Below, piece after piece: positions 1-14,129 of a stretch of 64,000 nucleotides of DNA (position 1 is the stretch's first letter; the number at the start of each line of letters is the position of its first letter). This stretch comes from the human T2T-CHM13v2.0 reference genome, Homo sapiens. The translations under genes were made by a program, and so were the position numbers. The DNA lies in the NCBI RefSeq assembly GCF_009914755.1, contig NC_060926.1. One strand, 5' to 3'. The notes beneath the pieces were generated by a model that was given only the letters and a program-made list of their open reading frames with translations, had not been told where the DNA came from and did no database searches.

Positions 1-184
1 ATCATGTTCACCACTTGCTAGCACTAATCTTTATTTTTTCCTTGTAGTTTTCTTCATGCATAATGACTTTTAACTTTTCATAGAATATGTATATGTACAC
101 TGAAACAAAGAGATTTTTAAAGTATAAAACTGAAAAGTGCTTAGCATAGTTATCAAAAGAGTCATTATAATTTACATAGAACAA

Positions 185-366
185 CAGCGTTAAATTTGAA
201 TCAGAGTACGGATATGAATTGTGCTTTATGTCTTTACTGAGTAGGTAACAATGGGTGAATCACATAACTTTAATTCCTATTTCCTTTTAAGCAAGATGGG
301 AATAAAAATACCAGCCTCACAGTGAGAAGATTTAATTAGGAAATTTATGTACAAGCACACAGTGCT
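185..366 (+). mobile_element. MIR fragment
   Basis: Degenerate MIR core: ...aagatgggaataaaaataccagcctcacag...tgtacaagcacacagtgct. Confidence 0.55.
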
Positions 367-696
367 TCTTTAAACTGATGGCTCAATTATTATTTGGTGA
401 ATCTGAATCTGAATCAGAGAATAGACACTATGTGACCATGAAGAAAAATGGTATTTCTATATTTGCTATTATTATTCTACAAGAAATAGCAAAGACGAAA
501 TCTGTATAAAGTCTCTGTGCAATTGAAAAAATGATAATCTTTACTGCACTTAAAATAGAATAAAAAACTTTAAAAATAAATGTGTATAGTTTAAGCACTG
601 TTCCCATGGGTTAGTTTCAATATTGCTATAAATGAAATGTCAACAAGAAAATAAACTTGATATTCTAATTATTTCAGCTGAAGTTTATTAAAATGA

Positions 697-1094
697 TGTG
701 TTAGTGAATTCTCACACCGCTATAAAGAACTACCTGAGACTGGGTAATTTATAAAGAAAAGAGGTTTAAATGGCTCGTGGTTCTGCATGCTGTACAAGCT
801 TCTACCTCCAGGGAGGCCTCAGGAAACTTACAATCATGTCAGAAGGCAAAGGGGAAGCAATACTGTCTTTGCATGGCCAGCAGGAGAGAGAAGGAGAGAG
901 AGGGGACGTGCTACACACTTTTAAACAACCAGATCTCATGAGAATTCTATCACAAGACAGCACTAGGGAGATGATACTAAACCATTAGAAGCCACCCCCA
1001 TGATCCAATCACCTCCCACCAGGCCCCACCTCCAATACTGAGGATTACAATTCAACATGAGATTTGGTTGAGGACACAGAGCCAAACTATATCA
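697..1094 (-). mobile_element. MSTA-like MaLR solo LTR
   Basis: TG...CA termini; ctataaagaactacctgagactgggtaattt and tgatccaatcacctcccaccaggcccc match MST/THE1 consensus; perfect 5-bp TSD AATGA at 692-696 and 1095-1099. Confidence 0.92.
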
Positions 1095-1679
1095 AATGAT
1101 ATGTAAAGAGATTACAGTTTTCAATCGTGAAGTTTGTAAATATAAACAGAAATTTTATGAATGTGCTAACTCCTAGGAATTGTATCTATGTTTTATTATT
1201 CACAGATATTTTTTCATCTTGAGAAAAATGTATTTTTGTCTGTGTAATTTGGACTACATTATTCAGTTATAGACTTAGTACTTTGGCATAATTTATTTAT
1301 ATTTAAAGAATGCCACATTCTTTCTTCACTTCATTACCATTTATTTTTAGTAGAAGTTTCCATTAAGATTAATACTTCAGGTTTATTTAGGTCAGTGGAT
1401 CATCTCTTAGTCTTAGCATCTATCATGCACACTTCAGAAAGTGCTAGGACCCATAGAACTGTAGTTTGTTTCAATCCATTAAGGCATGATTCTTCGACAG
1501 CTTAATGCATATGTCTTCCTAGTTGAAATCTTAAAATCTCAGGATAGTTGAAGGGAAGATTGTCCTTAGTATTTGGAAGGATGACTAAAATAATGTGAAA
1601 AAAATGATAAGCTATTCCATTATCCATTCATTATTAAGTATATTTTATATATTATATAATTTATTGTATTTTCATCTAT

Positions 1680-1840
1680 AAATTTGTATTTATATTCAAC
1701 ATTGTGTAGTGCATAAAGTAAATTGAACATCAGAAGTCCTTTCAGCTTGAGAAACTCCTAAAATTTCTAAATTTCTACAACTTAAAAATGAAAAAATGAA
1801 TCAGATAATTGTTATTTACTCTTACAACTCTAGAACTTTA
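1680..1840 (+). mobile_element. MIR3-like fragment
   Basis: Weak similarity to MIR3 core and 3' end (aaaatgaaaaaatgaatcagataat...caactctagaacttta). Confidence 0.35.
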
Positions 1841-2748
1841 AGAAAATACACCTATTATCATCATAACCATCATCATAACTGTCATCATCTAACATTCCCT
1901 GAGCATTGTTTAACAGGCCTTGTGATAGATTTGTGTGAACAAGGCAGCCTGAGTAAATAGAATGCAAACACAAAATCAAGGGCTGCTGTATGAGTGCCAA
2001 ATGAGAAGCACAGAGTTGGTCCTGCAGATCAGGGCTAAGAAGGATAACCTAGACTCGTTGTGTGATACTTTGAAATCCTGCAATTCAATAGCCTGGGTCA
2101 GAAAATATCCACAATGAATCTTGCAACAAGCAGAATGGAAATATTAGATTTATTTTCTCTTTTAGGCTCCTTAACTTTATATGTAAATGTACAACTCAGC
2201 ATTAGATTTCATAAATACATGTGTTTCTAGAAATCATGTTTCATCTCCATATTCCTATGCTATTTTGTAGTGAAATGGTACACATGACAAGTCTTCAAAA
2301 TTGTGAAGCATTTGTAAGTTTAACTTGACATAACCTGGGATGCTCTTTCTCTTTTCCAGACCTTGAGATCTCCTGAACATACTGACATTTGGTGGTCATT
2401 GCTTCCTCTCTGAACACCTTCCTTAATGTGAGAAGGAACTTGGAGTAAGTGACCCAGGAGGTCATTCCATGATTTAATTGTTTTTATTGGCCTAATTAAT
2501 TTAAAAAGCTTAATTATGAAACCACATGAGTGCTGTGCAAAGTCTGCAAAGTACCATTCAATGACATCCAGATGCAGAATACATCAGTAGCTTTTTAACC
2601 TAATTCACAAAATAAACCAGACAGATTTATAGTACATAGTGTGGACCCTAAGTAAAATAACTTCACTCTTCCTAAGTTTTCATTTAAATGGTAATAAGAA
2701 ATGTAATTTAAAAAATTTTAGTCCTAAATTATCATTGGAAAGTTAGCA

Positions 2749-3345
2749 TCTATTCCAGTTAACTATTGGTTCATTTAAAAACACCTCCAAAATTAATGGT
2801 TCAAAACAGTATCAACGATTTTATTTTTATCTCTCATGGTTCTGGAGTTGGCTGAGCTCAGCTAGACACTTTTCTCTCAGGGTTTTTTTGTGTTTACAGT
2901 TAGACAGTGTAGGGGCTGGGGTCATCTGATGGCTCTGTCATTCACATGTCTGGCACCTGGGATGGGAAGACTCAAAGCAACTGGTTAAACTGAAACAGTT
3001 TGGAGCCCCTCAGAAACCACTTTATACTTTGGGGTTCTTTCCATGTAGCCCCTTCAGCAGCTTCAGGGTAGCTAGACTTTTATTTGATGACTCAAGGGTT
3101 CAAATGTTTGTGTCCCAATAATGAGGGAGCCTGGAAGAAGCTGTATCACATTTTATGACCAATCCTTGGATGCCACACAGAGTAGCTTTTGCCTCATTTT
3201 ATTTGTAGCAATAATCACAAAATCTCATCCAGATTCATTGTTAGGAATAATAAATGCCATTCTTGTTGGAAATTACCAAGACTGTAAATGCATACGATCT
3301 GGAATAAATTCTACAAACCTTTTGGTAAATACAATCTATTATACC
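2749..3345 (-). mobile_element. Old MLT1-family MaLR LTR
   Basis: ctctcatggttctgg...gctgagctcagctag, ggctggggtcatctg, cacatgtctggcacctgg, ttttatgacc motifs typical of reverse-strand MLT1. Confidence 0.7.
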
Positions 3346-3799
3346 ATCCTAATGGTGGAAACTTCAAATCCATATCTCAGGCAAGTACAGGCAAGGCTGA
3401 ATGGAGAAGACAACCTACCAAAGTGTGATTGACATATAGGAAGAAAAATAATCAGGGAGCTAAGATGTCAGGGAAGGATCCCCAGCTTAATACCAACCTC
3501 TCCCCCAACTCATAATTTCTGCTGCAGATAGAGAAACTGATGAGAGTCTGTGAGGTCAGTCACGTTCAGGGAGGAGATTGAGTGGGAGAAAAAAAAGATG
3601 GAGGAAGAGAAAGAGAAGAAGAAACATGAGGAGGAAACAATGCTGTCAAGGGAAACAAAACTATATTTTTTAAAAGAAGCAGAAAATTAAGTGGTTTACA
3701 AAGGACCACTAATCAGGGTACACTCAGACTTGTCTTCAAGACATTGAAGAAAAATTTTACTAATATTTTTAAAAAACAAAAATCATCATTTTAGATATC

Positions 3800-3993
3800 T
3801 GGGTCTGGATATGGGCTTTGTAACTAATTCTTTATCTGTGTGAGAATAAGGAAGTCACTGAGTCTCTCTAAGCTCTTCTTCTAACCTGTAAATTGTAGAT
3901 AATATTTATACTTAAACTTTATGGTCTTTGTGGGGACCAAATGAGACAATTCATAGAAAGTGCCTGACACTCAGTGTAAGGGCTCAAATAATG
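3800..3993 (+). mobile_element. MIR
   Basis: aagtcactgagtctctctaagc...ctgtaaattg...gtggggaccaaatgagacaat...aaagtgcctgacac. Confidence 0.75.
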
Positions 3994-4041
3994 CTGAATA
4001 ATCTAGCAAGAGATACCAGGTCTTAAAAATCCATCTTATCT

Positions 4042-4709
4042 GCTAGCAAGGCTGAGGTGAAAAGGGAACACTTATACACAGTTGGTGGGATTGTAAATTA
4101 GTTCAGCCACTGTGGAAGGCAGTTTGGAAATTTCTCAAAGAACTAAAAACAGAACTGTTATTCGAGCCAGCAATCCCATTATTACAGGGTATATATCCAG
4201 AGGAAAATAAATTGTTCAACCAAAAAGCCACATGCATTTATATATTCATGGTAGCACTATTCACAATAGCAAAGTCATGGAATCAACCTAGGTTCCCATC
4301 AAGAGAGGCTTGGATAAAGAAAATTTGGTACATGTACACCATGGAATACTATGCAGTCATAAAAAAGAATGAAATCATGTCCTTTGTAGCAACATGGTTG
4401 CAGCTGGAGGCCAGCATCCTAAGCAAATTGACACAGGAACAGCGAGCCAAATACCGCATGTCCTCACTTATAAGTGGGATCTAAACATTGAGGCACATAT
4501 GGACATAAAGGTGGGAACAATAGACACTGGGGACTACTAGAAGAGGGAGATGGGGAGGGGACCGAGAGCTGAACAACTACCTATTGGATACTATGCTCAT
4601 TACCTGGGTGATGGAATCATGTATACCTCAAATCTCAGTGTAATGCAATATACTCATGTAACAAACCTACATATGTACCACTGAACCTAAAATGAAAATA
4701 GAAATTATT
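4042..4709 (+). mobile_element. 5'-truncated L1 3' end (L1PB or old L1PA class)
   Basis: ORF 4212-4484 is the ORF2p C-terminus (WIKKIWYMYTMEYYAVIKKNE) followed by L1 3'UTR; direct repeat ttaaaaatccatcttatct at 4023-4041 and 4856-4874. Confidence 0.92.
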
Positions 4710-4842
4710 ATTAACATTTTGAAATAGAGATGGAGTCTTCCCGAGTTCCCCAGGCTGGTCTCAAACTCCTGGGTGCAAGTGATCCTCCTGCCTCAGCTTC
4801 CCAAAGTGCTGGGATTACAGGCATGTGCCATCACACCTGACC
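4710..4842 (-). mobile_element. FLAM_C / Alu left monomer nested in the L1 tail
   Basis: Single monomer (caggctggtctcaaactcctggg...cccaaagtgctgggattacagg); TSD tagaaattatt at 4699-4709 and 4843-4853. Confidence 0.9.
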
Positions 4843-5638
4843 TAGAAATTATTTTTTAAAAATCCATCTTATCTTCAAAGACTCAGTGTGCTAATTTCAT
4901 CATATATCAATTTCAAATTCATATATTTCCTGAGTTTGTTTCTTGGTTATTCAATTTGTTCATGACTTGTCTATGTACAATTGTCAAGCAGACTGTTTAA
5001 AGTACTCTATCATAAGATATTTTTATACCTGTTATTACAATACCTTCCTCATTTGTTTTCAAAATAATTTTGTTCTTTCTTAGATTAACAAATGTCCAGA
5101 GTGTTGCTGGGGAGATTCTACTATTTAATAAATAATTCAAATGAAACAAACTCTTAGGCTGTTTTCCCTCTTGGCATTCTACAAATCTAGGAAGAAATAT
5201 GATACTTTGATGCAGTTCTTCTCTGGATAATGAGAGGCAATGTGACAAAATTTAAACTTCACAAGCTTAGAGACAAAGAAACTAGGTATCAAATGGACAA
5301 AATGTTTGTAGAAATTAGTTTCAAAGTTAGTAAAGTGAAAAAGCAATACTCATCATCACCATACAATTTCATCAATCAAATGAAAGTCTAAAAAATTCCT
5401 AATACGGAGTCATTGATAGGTAGATGGGTAGATCACTAGATAGACATAGATCTTCACTTTCAATGTGAAGGTCAGAAATAATGTTAACATCATTATTATT
5501 GCTACTAATTTCTCTATTAGTTCCTGAAGCTATCTAGCTGATATAGTTTTATGGCTTTTTATTTATACATAAGTGAAATTTTCCAGCCCTTAAGTTATAT
5601 GAAACAAAGCCTTAATACTCTTAAGTTGTGTTATATAA

Positions 5639-5948
<310 letters not shown>

Positions 5949-6543
5949 TATATAATACTTTTAAACTAACCTCACTCTTTCCATAGATCGCTGTAAGATC
6001 CTGAAGGGTTGCAACGATTGAATCAAAAGCAAAGGATGGAGGAGTGCAGTGAGGGAAAGAGATATTTGTGGATAATATTTTATATGCCAGGTAATCATTA
6101 TAACATCCTTGCATGTGGAATGCTGTTATCCTCATTTTATAGATGAAAGAAATAAAATGCACAGAGGGAATAGTGTATGAAAGGCACATATGCATGGGTG
6201 TGCACAAACACATGTGTACACACACATGCAAACTTCCTCTGTGAACTGGGTTGGCCTTGAATCAAGCCTTTCAGATTTTAAAGCCCAAACTCTATTCTCT
6301 CTAATTCACTCTCTCCTCATTGTCAGGTGGTGGCATTATACACATGTATAATTTAAAATGAAAAACTTTGAGTTGTATTTATAATATTTATCCTACCTTT
6401 GTGTTTTTAAAAGAAGGCTACTTTTAATGCCACAGTAGTATATAGTTTAAATAAAACAAGGCAGATCATAGAAACAATTATAATACTCACTGCAGCATTA
6501 TCTGGGTTATACCCTTTGACAGATTAGGGAATGAACACTTGAT

Positions 6544-6812
6544 CTGCATTGTCCAAAATGGTAGCTACCAGCCACAAGTAGCTAAGGAGGCTTCCAAAAT
6601 GTGGCTAGTCTAAAGGTAACAGATTCCAGAGACCTAGTGTCTTAAAAATATAAAATATGTCATCAATATTTCTATATTAATTACATGCTAAAATGATATC
6701 ATTAAATATCCTATTAAACTTAAATTCATCTTTTTTTAACTTTTTAACATAACTAATAAAGATTTGAAATCACACATATGGCTTTACATTATATTTCCAA
6801 TGGACAGCACTG
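6544..6812 (-). mobile_element. MER33-like hAT-Charlie DNA transposon
   Basis: Terminal inverted repeats ctgcattgtcca...tggacagcactg; internal ggtagctaccagccac and aaatgtggctagtc. Confidence 0.8.
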
Positions 6813-7663
6813 ATCTAGAAGCATGAAGTCGGTTGGATTTACTACTTGTCGTGATCCATACCAGAACACTGAGGCATAGATGTGTTAAATTACTTGTCCA
6901 CTCTCATTAAAAATGGAGGGATTCAACGTAGCCATCTTATCACTCATCACTGAAAATATACTCGCTATTGAAAAATAATCTTCTAAGCAAGAATTGCCGT
7001 TATAATCTAGTTCAATTCCTGTATTTTACCATTTGAAGAAAGTCAGACTGTAATTTTACAAGATCATGTTAAAAGTGGAGCCAGACTTGAAATTCTCAGT
7101 CAAATTTCGTTTCTACCCTATGATTCTACCACAGTGCCTTCAACTGTTCCATTTAATTCCAATGAATGTAAGGCACACATGGGACAATACAATGAATTAT
7201 AAAGTTGGATTCTGCTCATCTGTACCAGGTAGAACCACTTTTTAAGTTATTAAATTCAGTGCTAACTCATTGATAGCACAGGGTTGGTAGTTTGCACACA
7301 TCGACAACTTTACTTCTATGTATTATGATCCTTTATTCTAAATTGTACTTGCAAAAACTATCTGAAATCTAAAGAACAATCCAACAAAACACTAAAAGAG
7401 AACATTTTGACTCTTTGCTATAGAAGAGATTTCCAAGGGCAACATGTGTGGCATATTGAAAAATAAAGCACACAAATCACAGTTTGGGATTTTATTTCCT
7501 TTTCTAACTTTTAGCTTATGTAGCAATGATTCTTCCCAACAAAGAGACCTAAAAGCTTTGCTTTCTTTTAGGATTTGTTGGGCAGAGGATAATTGTGTAG
7601 ACAATGAAATAACACAGAATATGACCTCAGCAAAACAAAAATGTGAAAAGTAATGTTTTATCA

Positions 7664-7767
7664 CTTTAATATAGAAGGTACTTAAAATATAGAGTACTTA
7701 ATGATACAGACTATTAACTATACTTAAAATATAGAGTATATTAAAATATAGTAGTTAAAATATAGAG
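7664..7767. repeat. Degenerate tandem repeat of ttaaaatatag(agta)
   Basis: Four exact copies of ttaaaatatag plus degenerate units within about 100 bp. Confidence 0.7.
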
Positions 7768-7769
7768 GC

Positions 7770-8160
7770 AACCAACATTGCAGAGTAATAGGAATTCATG
7801 TTTGGAGCTGAGGCACTGGCTTCAAGTCCCTCTAGTCATTACTGGGCAAGCTGCTTAAATATTTCTGTAACTCAGCTTCTTCTTTATAAAAGGCATGATT
7901 AAATATCTCCCTCATAGGTGTACTATGAGAATAAAAAGATGCAGTGTGTGAACTTATGTATGTTATCTGACATAACTTAGTCACACAAACATGTTCATTG
8001 AAAAAGACATTTTCATATATACTACTAATCAGCAGCTTGTACTTTGACAAATCACTGAAACTTGATGTTTATCTTTAAAAAACGAAGATAATGGTACTTT
8101 CACCACACGGTTATTGTGAGGATTGAATAACTTAGTATTTGTAGTGTACTTAGGCAAATG
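7770..8160 (+). mobile_element. Two adjacent MIR fragments
   Basis: tttggagctgagg...ggcttcaagtccc...gggcaagctgcttaa; second copy ends ggttattgtgaggattgaataa. Confidence 0.65.
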
Positions 8161-9499
8161 TTGAACAAAAGTGTATCTTTTATAAATTAATTTGGGCCTA
8201 TGTAAAAAATGACCTTATTTCCAGATAGAAATACAATTTGTGTTGTAATATGCTCACACCCATAAGAATTTATACATGTGTACCATACAAATTGGACAAA
8301 TTGTTATTTTAATTACTTTTACCTTTATTAGTGACACAAAAGTCAGAGGAAAAAGCAAACTGTTCCCAAATTTAAGAAGAAAAACTACTTTGCCTTCTAA
8401 TAGAACGAGTAGTAGAGTCTAGGGTGTCTTGAAGTCAGCTCAACCAGTGATTCATGATATGATGCTGGGAAATTCATTGATTACTTCACCTAATTTACCT
8501 GTTGAAGTTTGTTGTTATACTCTTTGGGGCTTTTGTTGTTCTTTATATTACTAATACTTCTACAGGTAAACTATTTTGCTGTTTTTTTTACTTATTCTTG
8601 TTAAAAAATGGTCATCTCTCTTCAATTCTCATTTTAAGATGACATCACTGACTTCACTAAGATAGGCCTTCCCAAGGCCATTTTTAAAACCAAGGACCAA
8701 TTCATTATCTAATGGCATTTCTTGAGACTCAGCTTGTTAATAGTCTCTATCATTAATTGAAGCAACATCAATTTAGAAGACATACTATTTATGCCAAACT
8801 AATCTGTTTGGAGAAGGTGAAACCGATGTTAACAATTTGATCAAATTAAAAATAAAAATGGCTTTTAACTAAAAATGAATAAATTGAGAGACAGTAGAAG
8901 TCACTTTGGCTTAATACGTAAATTGTATATATCTATTAATATTGGTTCTTCCCTAGATAAAATGTCTTGGAAAGCCTCGTGTTGAATACAGGAAGAATCC
9001 TAGGTGTGTGTATGTGTGTGTCTGTGTTTTAATAAAACTGAATTTCAAATCACTTAATTATAAATAAATTAAGAGAAGTAATGAAATTGCTTTAAGTGTT
9101 TTAAGTAATTAAGCCACTGGGTCATGTATTTTCATTCGCTTAAAGCTAAATAACTATTTAGCCATTGAAGTGGCATATATTTCTAGCTTTCTAAGTCCAT
9201 AATAGACTTTTTTTGCTATTGGAAATTGACTTTTTCTACTGCCTGAAGTCTACCCAAAATACAAATTAACCCAGAATTCTCTATTATACCAGAATTTATT
9301 GCTGTGTTGAAGTAACATTACAATACTATAACAAATAGCACTAAAATTATATCTTAATAATTGGACTTTACAGTAATGGAAAAATTAAGCCTTTGACTGG
9401 GGTAAGAGTAAAGGGTAGCTTCTAGAAGATGGCAAGATACTGATGATATCCTTGGTTCCTAATAGCGAGAAAATGATGGCTATCTTCCAAACCAATGGG

Positions 9500-11000
9500 T
9501 TTTAATTTTTTTATTCTACAAATTTATATTGTGTGTCTCTTGTCTTCCAGATGCTATTCTTTGTACTGACACTATAGCCAAAAGGAAGACATCTTTCATG
9601 CTCTTATATAGCTCATAATCTAAATTGCAAAGCCAACCCTAAGCAATTACATTTTTAACTAGAATTATAGTAACTTACGAAGGCCATAGGGTGTACTTTG
9701 GATAATTATAATGAGAAGGCTTCATCTAGTCAGGATGATCAGAAGAATGTTTCCTGAATGTTGGAGGCTTAAGATTTGAAAAATGCATTTACTTCACTTG
9801 ATGAATGGGAGTGACAAAGGGGTTTAATTTTGGTATATGGAAGTGGCGATGGGGTTTAATTTTGGTATGTGGTAAGGTTGGATAGTATAAGAGCATTGTA
9901 ATCAACAAGAAGGGTCTATGTGAAGATTTCAAGAAAGGGAGAAGCTTGTTTTAATAAATGGAAGGAAACGTGAATGAAAAAATCAACCAAGGAGAAAGTA
10001 ACATGAGATTCAGGATACAAGTCAATGGTAGCTAGGTCAGCCAAGGCCTTATGGGCATGTTAAGGGCTGTCATCTTTACCTAAAGGCAAAAGGAAAGTCC
10101 AAGTATGGAATGTATGGTTTACATTTTTGGATCATTTCTGTAGCTGCAGTAAGAAGAATGAATTTACAGAGGCATTACATATGAAAGAAAACAAATTAGG
10201 CAGTTTTACAACATTTCAGGTAAAGTTTATGTGGATTTTTAGTGGGGTTTTGATTGCTTATATGTAGAAAAGAAACCCTGGAGTTATTTAGAAGGTGCAT
10301 TCAAGAGGAGTTTCTTATTGATTGGATAGACAAAAGACAACTAGTACTACATGGGCTATAAAAAACTAAATGGATGATTTAAAAAAATCTATTTAGTGAC
10401 TAAAATTACTGAAGAAAAATATAGTTTTGAGAAAATCATTAAACTAACATCAGTTATGTAGTATTTGAGATATATAGTGACATAAAACTAGGGTTCAGTA
10501 GATATGCGGTTTCTAAGTTTCTCAACTTAAGAAGAGATGAAAATGCTTAATATACATTTTAGAGTTGTAAGCATGGCTATAATAATTACAAACATGAGGA
10601 TTAATGCAATTACCCAGGAAAAACATACAAAGTAAGAAGAGATGAAAATCTAAGATAAAACAGTGATGAACTCTAATATTTAAGAACTACATGAAGGGTG
10701 CAAAAAAATGAAAACCTAGAAGGTGAACAAAAGAGATAAGAAGAAAATGAGAGGCACGATATCACAGAAGTCAAAGAAAGAAAACAAGAAGAAGGATTGC
10801 ACTATCATTTATAATTTTGCTGTTGAATTTATAGTATGTAAGTCGCTAGCAACTGAGAATGGCAGTTTGAAGAAAATCAGTGAAGGCAGAATCCATATTA
10901 TTGTAGTTTGATAATGAGAAGAAACTAGGGAAACACAAGTTTCTTGTGCAAGAAGACATTTCTTTTGAGAAATCTGACTTCTAAGAAAAAGTAGGTAAGA
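9500..11000 (-). mobile_element. L2 fragments
   Basis: Reverse complement of the L2 3' end (ttattctacaaatttatattg...ccagatgctattct) followed by purine-rich L2 body. Confidence 0.6.
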
Positions 11001-11100
11001 CTGAAACTAGTAGAGGATATAAGGGTTGAATGCAAATATAAAAGAAAACAAGATATGTGATGCAATGAATTCTTTTGTTGTCTTTTAAAAGCAAAGAACT

Positions 11101-11413
<313 letters not shown>

Positions 11414-13012
11414 TCAAGGATGATGCAAAAGATTTAGGAGAGAGAGAGAGAATGTGATTTACAATACAGGTAAGAGCAAGAATACATAAGTGCAATACTT
11501 GAGGTGGTAGGGAGGTACAGTAGTGAGAAAGATTGTAAGTGGAGGAGCACTTTAGAAAGCTCACATTTTCCATTGTAATAGAAATGCAGGTATATTCATT
11601 TCCCAAAGGAAGAAGAGAGAGTCCCCATCTTATAGCTTCTATATAATAGTTGCAGGGGGAGAACAAGAAAATTTTTCTTGAAAATAAAAAGGAGAAGGGA
11701 AAGATAGGCAGTATGAAGATAATAGAGAAGTTTTGCAACTTTGAAAGTTGCAGAAGACCAAAAAGGAAGACAGAGGTTACCACAGTTGGGAGTAGGGAGT
11801 AGGAAATGAAAAGATGAGTAGGTCCAAGATCTAGTTCTTTGATCAGACCAACAAAACAGAGACTTTTAGCATGTCTCTTATGGGAAAAGAGATAAACACA
11901 CAAATATAAGATGAGAAAATTAACACAAAAAAAGAAAATTTAAAAAACAAAGAAAGGATGGAAAAAAGAAAGCAGCAAAAAGATGATAAACAATGCATTT
12001 GGAATATATCGAAAGCCAAAGGAAAGAATATATATATCCCTGAAAGTGCTTCATTTTCTGGAATAAATTAACAGAAACTTGAATTTAAGTTTTTAAAAGA
12101 AATTTAAGATGATATCAAAAACAATAGTAAGGGGTGAAAAGAGAGATGACAAAGATACAGAATTGAGTTGAATACCACAATAATACCACGTGGGAAAACA
12201 CCTTAGGAAAATGAGATAAAAGGTGGGGAGAGAAGGAGAAAGAGTAAAAGCAAGAGAGATTATTAAAATCAGCCATATTTGCAGAAAATAAGAAAATTAA
12301 TAGTTTTTTAAAAATATGAATTATACATATAATAAAATTAAAAATATAACTATTTTAATTCATTTCTTAATGTTGTCTCTGTTATACTATATTTCCAATA
12401 TAAATTTCACTTTTTTAATGTATCCTTTATATTTTTTTTTTCAGATTTGGATACTACATATTTAATACAAATATTTGCTCGGTATTCAGAATCATATGTG
12501 TCATATGGTATGTCCTGTGTCCTGTGCTTGCTGGGTTTTGATTTTAGGAATATATCTGATAAAACCTAGTAGGAAATTTTTACTTGAATTAATAGAGAAT
12601 TTAAATTAAATAAGACTTTATAAAATAAATACTTTAAATAAGAGATCTAAATTAAATAATGGTTTATATTTAGAAAGAAATATAAGGAATATTTATTAAA
12701 TTCATATTAAAATAATTTTAAAAATACAAGTGAAACACAAAAAATTATCAATATTTTCTCTACTTAGAAGAAAGGAGAAAATTATTTTCAACATTAACTA
12801 AATATTGTTCTAAATATTTCTCTTTGCAGATACAAATATAATGTAGTTGTAAAAATAGAGATAGAGGTTGACTGAACAACCGAGAAAAAAATTGATGGGT
12901 CTTTGCACAAATATATTTGGGTTTTGGTATTTAGTATTTTTATTCTTTCCAATTTCTGAGTAGTTTGTAATTTCTAATATGAATTCAAAAGAGTTCTCTT
13001 TGTATGGGGGTA

Positions 13013-13043
<31 letters not shown>

Positions 13044-13049
13044 TGTGTG
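13013..13049. repeat. (TG)n microsatellite
   Basis: About 12 pure GT units followed by interrupted units. Confidence 0.9.
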
Positions 13050-13204
13050 CATAGGCATATAGATTTCTTACTAACTTTTAATTTAAAATATTAAGAATTG
13101 CAAAAATCATATGTGTATCTTCCAATGAGTTAGAATCAACACACTTGCGCTTCTATAAGTTAAATTATATGATTCGTAATGTGTTTGTGTGTGTGTTTAT
13201 GTGT

Positions 13205-13720
13205 GCATGTGGCATCTTTTGCTCAGTTCTATATTCATGGGATTCACTGACATCATCACAGTAAACATTATTCTATTTCTTTGAAAAACACTATATGGTT
13301 TTAATTTTATGAATATGCCACAATTTATATAACCTGTTGGACATCTCAGGTGTTTTCAATTTAGAGCTATTACAAATAGTGCAACTGCAAATATTTTTAT
13401 ACATGTCTTTTTGCACATTTGCTGTCATACTACTGGTTATTTACATAGCAGTAAAAATTGCTGGGGCAAAGGTCATGTGGATGTTGAATTGTAGTAGATA
13501 CTGATGATTCATTTTCACAATTAGATGAGAGATTCAGTTGCTCCATGTCCTCACTAAAACTTGACATTATTAATTTTAATTTTAACTATTTTGGAGGGTA
13601 TGTATAGAGAGTATTTCACTGTGGTGTTAATTTGCATTTCTCTGGAGACCAAGTACATTTTTATGTATTTGTTATTTGAATATTCTTTTTGTAAGGAGCT
13701 TGGTCTTTTTCTAATTTATT
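13205..13720 (-). mobile_element. Old L1M 3' region
   Basis: gaatatgccacaatttat, gctattacaaatagtgc, gtggtgttaatttgcatttctctg are antisense L1 ORF2-end motifs. Confidence 0.75.
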
Positions 13721-14129
13721 TCTAGAAGATCCTTGCAGATTGTTGTCTGCTTTTTAAATGTTTCTCTAAGAAAGAAGTCTAAGTATTTATTGCTGCATTT
13801 AAGGTTCAAATATTATTGAAACTTCCTAGGAAAGAAAAGGCTTGATTGTACAAATCTCACTGTCACCTCAGTTCCAGTTTCCGCTAAGAAATATGAAGAT
13901 AGAAGAAAAAATTCATTTATGATGCAAGCCAAATGAGAAAGTCTTTCAAATGGCAGCAGCTTTCAGAATTTTTTTTTATTGCTGAGAGGAATTGTTATAG
14001 AACTCTGTCATGGCTAGAATGTAATTAATCTTCTTGAGAAGGAATGCGACTTTGAACAAAGTAAATTGAAGAAATTTCAATCATGTGACCTGATCTTCAT
14101 CCCAACTTTACTCATTGTAACCCAAAGAT

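Noticed and set aside
4212-4484. ORF with real protein similarity
   Set aside because: It is the L1 ORF2p C-terminus in a 5'-truncated dead element; the same applies to 30084-30561 and 57071-57283
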